Assembly: GCF_001457615.1 (NCBI RefSeq)
Contig: NZ_LN831024.1
Coordinates: 3,540,001 to 3,572,000, forward strand
Reading direction: 5' to 3'
DNA length: 32,000 bases
Origin: Pseudomonas aeruginosa
GTDB lineage: Bacteria > Pseudomonadota > Gammaproteobacteria > Pseudomonadales > Pseudomonadaceae
The notes below the pieces were generated by a model. It was not told where the DNA came from. It did not search any database and worked only from the letters and a program-made list of their open reading frames with translations. The position numbers and the translations under genes were made by a program. Of the stretch, positions 30,828-32,000 are shown piece by piece. Numbering within the stretch: position 1 is the first letter of the stretch; every line of letters begins with the position of its first letter.

Positions 30828-31691
30828 ATGCAAGCCATTCGCAGCATCCTCGTGGTGATTGAACCGGACCAGCTGGAAGGTCTCGCCCTGAAACGGGCAC
30901 AACTGATCGCCGGCGTGACCCAGTCGCACCTGCACCTGCTGGTCTGCGAGAAGCGCCGCGACCACAGCGCCGCTCTCAACGACCTGGCCCAGGAGCTGCG
31001 CGAGGAAGGCTACAGCGTCTCGACCAACCAGGCCTGGAAGGACTCCCTGCACCAGACCATCATCGCCGAGCAACAGGCCGAAGGCTGCGGGCTGATCATC
31101 AAGCAGCACTTTCCCGACAACCCGCTGAAAAAGGCCATCCTCACCCCGGACGACTGGAAGCTGCTGCGCTTCGCGCCCTGTCCGGTACTGATGACCAAGA
31201 CCGCCCGGCCCTGGACGGGCGGAAAGATCCTCGCCGCGGTCGACGTCGGCAACAACGACGGCGAGCACCGCTCCCTGCACGCCGGGATCATCAGCCATGC
31301 CTACGACATCGCCGGCCTGGCCAAGGCCACGCTGCACGTGATCAGCGCCCACCCCTCGCCGATGCTCTCCTCCGCCGACCCGACCTTCCAGCTCAGCGAA
31401 ACCATCGAGGCCCGCTATCGCGAGGCCTGCCGCACCTTCCAGGCCGAGTACGGTTTCAGCGACGAACAATTGCACATCGAGGAAGGTCCGGCCGACGTGC
31501 TGATCCCGCGCACCGCGCAGAAGCTCGACGCGGTGGTCACCGTGATCGGCACCGTGGCGCGCACCGGGTTGTCCGGCGCGCTGATCGGCAATACCGCGGA
31601 AGTGGTGCTGGATACCCTGGAAAGCGACGTGCTGGTGTTGAAGCCGGACGACATCATCGCCCACCTGGAGGAGCTGGCCAGCAAGGAGTGA
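30828..31691 (+). CDS. uspL: Tandem-domain universal stress protein (UspE-like; PA1789-like)
   Basis: 287 aa with two Usp domains. The C-terminal domain has an ATP-binding-type motif (GTVARTGLSGALIGNTAEVVL). GGGAGA Shine-Dalgarno. The symbol is my recollection of the name given to PA1789 and is unverified. Confidence 0.8.
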   Translation: MQAIRSILVVIEPDQLEGLALKRAQLIAGVTQSHLHLLVCEKRRDHSAALNDLAQELREEGYSVSTNQAWKDSLHQTIIAEQQAEGCGLIIKQHFPDNPLKKAILTPDDWKLLRFAPCPVLMTKTARPWTGGKILAAVDVGNNDGEHRSLHAGIISHAYDIAGLAKATLHVISAHPSPMLSSADPTFQLSETIEARYREACRTFQAEYGFSDEQLHIEEGPADVLIPRTAQKLDAVVTVIGTVARTGLSGALIGNTAEVVLDTLESDVLVLKPDDIIAHLEELASKE

Positions 31692-31696
31692 CCGCT

Positions 31697-31723
31697 GGTC
31701 GGACGAAAACGCCGCCCAAGGGC
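31697..31723. terminator. Bidirectional terminator between convergent usp gene and the next minus-strand gene
   Basis: GCCGCCC-AA-GGGCGGC followed by TTTTTC, with GAAAAC on the opposite side. Confidence 0.75.
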
Positions 31724-31746
31724 GGCTTTTTCGCTGGAGACACCGC

Positions 31747-32000
31747 CTATCTGTCGATCGCCTGCAGGAACGAGGGCGCGATGTAGCGCTGGTAATGCGC
31801 TTCCGACAGCAGGAAGAATTCCCGGTCGATGGCATCGCGCAGGTCCGGCAGGCTCCAGTCGCGGAATTCCGGCAGCAGTGCCACGCCGTAGGCTTCGATC
31901 TGGTTGATCAGCCGGGAACCGCGGGCGATCAACTGGTAGGCCCAGCAATAGGGAGACTGCTCGGGGACGAAACGGATCTGCCGCTGCTCCAGTTGCAGGC
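31747..32000 (-). CDS. Hypothetical protein, C-terminal fragment; gene continues beyond the window
   Basis: The minus-strand frame is open from the window edge (LQLEQRQIRFVPEQSPYCWAYQLIARGSRLINQ...FLQAIDR) to TAG at 31747-31749, with high third-position G/C. I recognise no family. Confidence 0.6.
   Translation of the reverse strand, partial: LQLEQRQIRFVPEQSPYCWAYQLIARGSRLINQIEAYGVALLPEFRDWSLPDLRDAIDREFFLLSEAHYQRYIAPSFLQAIDR

Overview
High-GC (roughly two-thirds G+C) gamma-proteobacterial core chromosome. No search tools were available: calls rest on reading the translations and motifs and on folding the RNAs by eye. Gene content and order match my recollection of Pseudomonas aeruginosa locus PA1812 down to PA1788, read in descending locus-tag order. 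Left to right: 3' end of mltD; the nppA1A2BCD (Yej/Opp-like) peptide and peptidyl-nucleoside importer followed by fabI; on the minus strand the conserved proteostasis block tig-clpP-clpX-lon-hupB-(tRNA-Asp)-ppiD; the parRS two-component system with its linked PA1797-like gene; a minus-strand tRNA cluster Arg-His-Leu-His; folD; cysS-glnS (minus); ppiB-lpxH; an SPFH/band-7 membrane protein; miaE; an Anr-box-controlled tandem Usp gene; and the 3' end of a further minus-strand gene. Most intergenic gaps hold clear rho-independent, often bidirectional, terminators. I found no transposase, integrase or phage genes, no CRISPR array and no recognisable defence island, so this is an ordinary housekeeping region and I cannot support a new multi-gene system. 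The observations most worth a second look sit around the ParRS-linked gene. Its beta-lactamase-fold product has all three catalytic boxes substituted. An unlisted 38-codon ORF for a signal-peptide-bearing micropeptide is translationally coupled to its stop codon. A well-formed 73-codon ORF lies just downstream, and helically phased direct repeats lie upstream. Secondary points: a duplicated tRNA-His-plus-hairpin unit that puts a terminator-like stem inside the tRNA operon, a perfect Anr/FNR palindrome shared by divergent miaE and usp genes, sigma32-like promoters for lon and clpP, and a stand-alone SPFH gene. The very long antisense ORFs in the track are treated as high-GC shadow ORFs.
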